DNA from: an uncultured Nitrosopumilales archaeon
GTDB lineage: Archaea > Thermoproteota > Nitrososphaeria > Nitrososphaerales > UBA57
Direction: 5' to 3'
DNA: 5,860 nucleotides
Assembly (NCBI GenBank): GCA_964644785.1
Contig: CAZXXP010000050.1
Span: forward strand, 1-5,860
Each line of letters opens with the position of its first letter. Position 1 is the stretch's first letter. Below the pieces are notes generated by a model. That model was given only the letters and a program-made list of their open reading frames with translations, had not been told where the DNA came from and searched no databases. The translations under genes were made by a program, and so were the position numbers. Positions 5,511 to 5,860 of this stretch are shown one piece after another.

Positions 5511-5860
5511 CTAACGGCGTGGGCTTAACCTTAGCCTGAATATGCCGATAGATATGGCGACTATAGCCCACAGCAAGAACGTAAGGAGAACGCTTGCCGC
5601 CGCAAGAATCTCCGAGCTGCCGTTCACCCAAAGGTCCCAAAGCGCGGTCGCCAACACCTCATTTCGTGGGGTGATGAGGAAGATTATCGAGCTCAATTCC
5701 TTGAAACTTATGACAAAGACGTAGACCCAGCCTGAAATCATTGCTGGCCCCAAAAGGGGCAGAGTTATCCTCCTTACTGTAGTGGTCCACTGCGCGCCCA
5801 CTATCGATGAGGAATCTTCAAGGTCCCGGTGAATCTGGGCAACGGCGCCGGCTGTGAACC
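5511..5860 (-). CDS. ABC transporter permease (binding-protein-dependent inner-membrane component), C-terminal part only; the gene continues beyond the window end
   Basis: The ORF track starts this ORF at an internal GTG (5801). I translated 5802-5858 by hand and found no stop: ...FTAGAVAQIHRDLEDSSSIVGAQWTTTVRRITLPLLGP... This is the EAA-loop signature of ABC permeases (L-E-[ED]-[AS]-[AS]...G-A...I-T-LP-L), followed by two further TM segments. A COG1178 (Fe3+/thiamine-type) subfamily is possible but not established. Confidence 0.8.
   Translation of the reverse strand, partial: FTAGAVAQIHRDLEDSSSIVGAQWTTTVRRITLPLLGPAMISGWVYVFVISFKELSSIIFLITPRNEVLATALWDLWVNGSSEILAAASVLLTFLLWAIVAISIGIFRLRLSPRR

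Noticed and set aside
4814-5724. ORFs 4814..5155 (+), 5294..5488 (+), 5452..5640 (-) and 5542..5724 (+)
   Set aside because: They are shadow ORFs overlapping the PqqC/CADD-like gene and the ABC permease. 5452..5640 (-) is out of frame with the permease and spans the promoter gap. None has a motif.

Overview
This window looks like an ordinary archaeal chromosomal segment with compact housekeeping and transport genes. I see no CRISPR array, no mobile element and no recognisable defence or toxin module. The archaeal call rests on three things: the archaeal/eukaryal form of the 23S sarcin-ricin loop (AGTACGAGAGGAAC), a short archaeal-type triosephosphate isomerase, and an A1Ao/V-type ATPase subunit E. 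A 23S rRNA with no linked 5S gene is compatible with Nitrososphaeria/Thaumarchaeota-like or other archaea, but I cannot verify lineage here.

Gene order:
- 3' end of a 23S rRNA (+, about 1-366) followed by a T8 tract
- tpiA (-)
- CaCA-family Ca2+/H+ antiporter (-)
- 181-nt divergent control region carrying a perfect 12-bp inverted repeat
- a solitary ATPase subunit E gene (+)
- MFS transporter (+, GTG start)
- pterin-4a-carbinolamine dehydratase (-), which overlaps the MFS 3' end and sits 2 nt downstream of the next gene
- a PqqC/CADD-like heme-oxygenase-fold protein (-, TTG start)
- the 3' part of an ABC permease (-, running off the window)

The best candidate for something under-described is the two-gene PqqC/CADD-like plus PCD operon. 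The first protein shows a full six-residue carboxylate/histidine pattern typical of diiron heme-oxygenase-like oxidases, and no other pqq genes are nearby. Everything else is modest: the promoter inverted repeat, the orphan atpE, a Pro-to-Val change next to the TIM catalytic Glu, and a small 9-nt periodic repeat. All functional calls come from reading the supplied translations against remembered family motifs. No searches were run.
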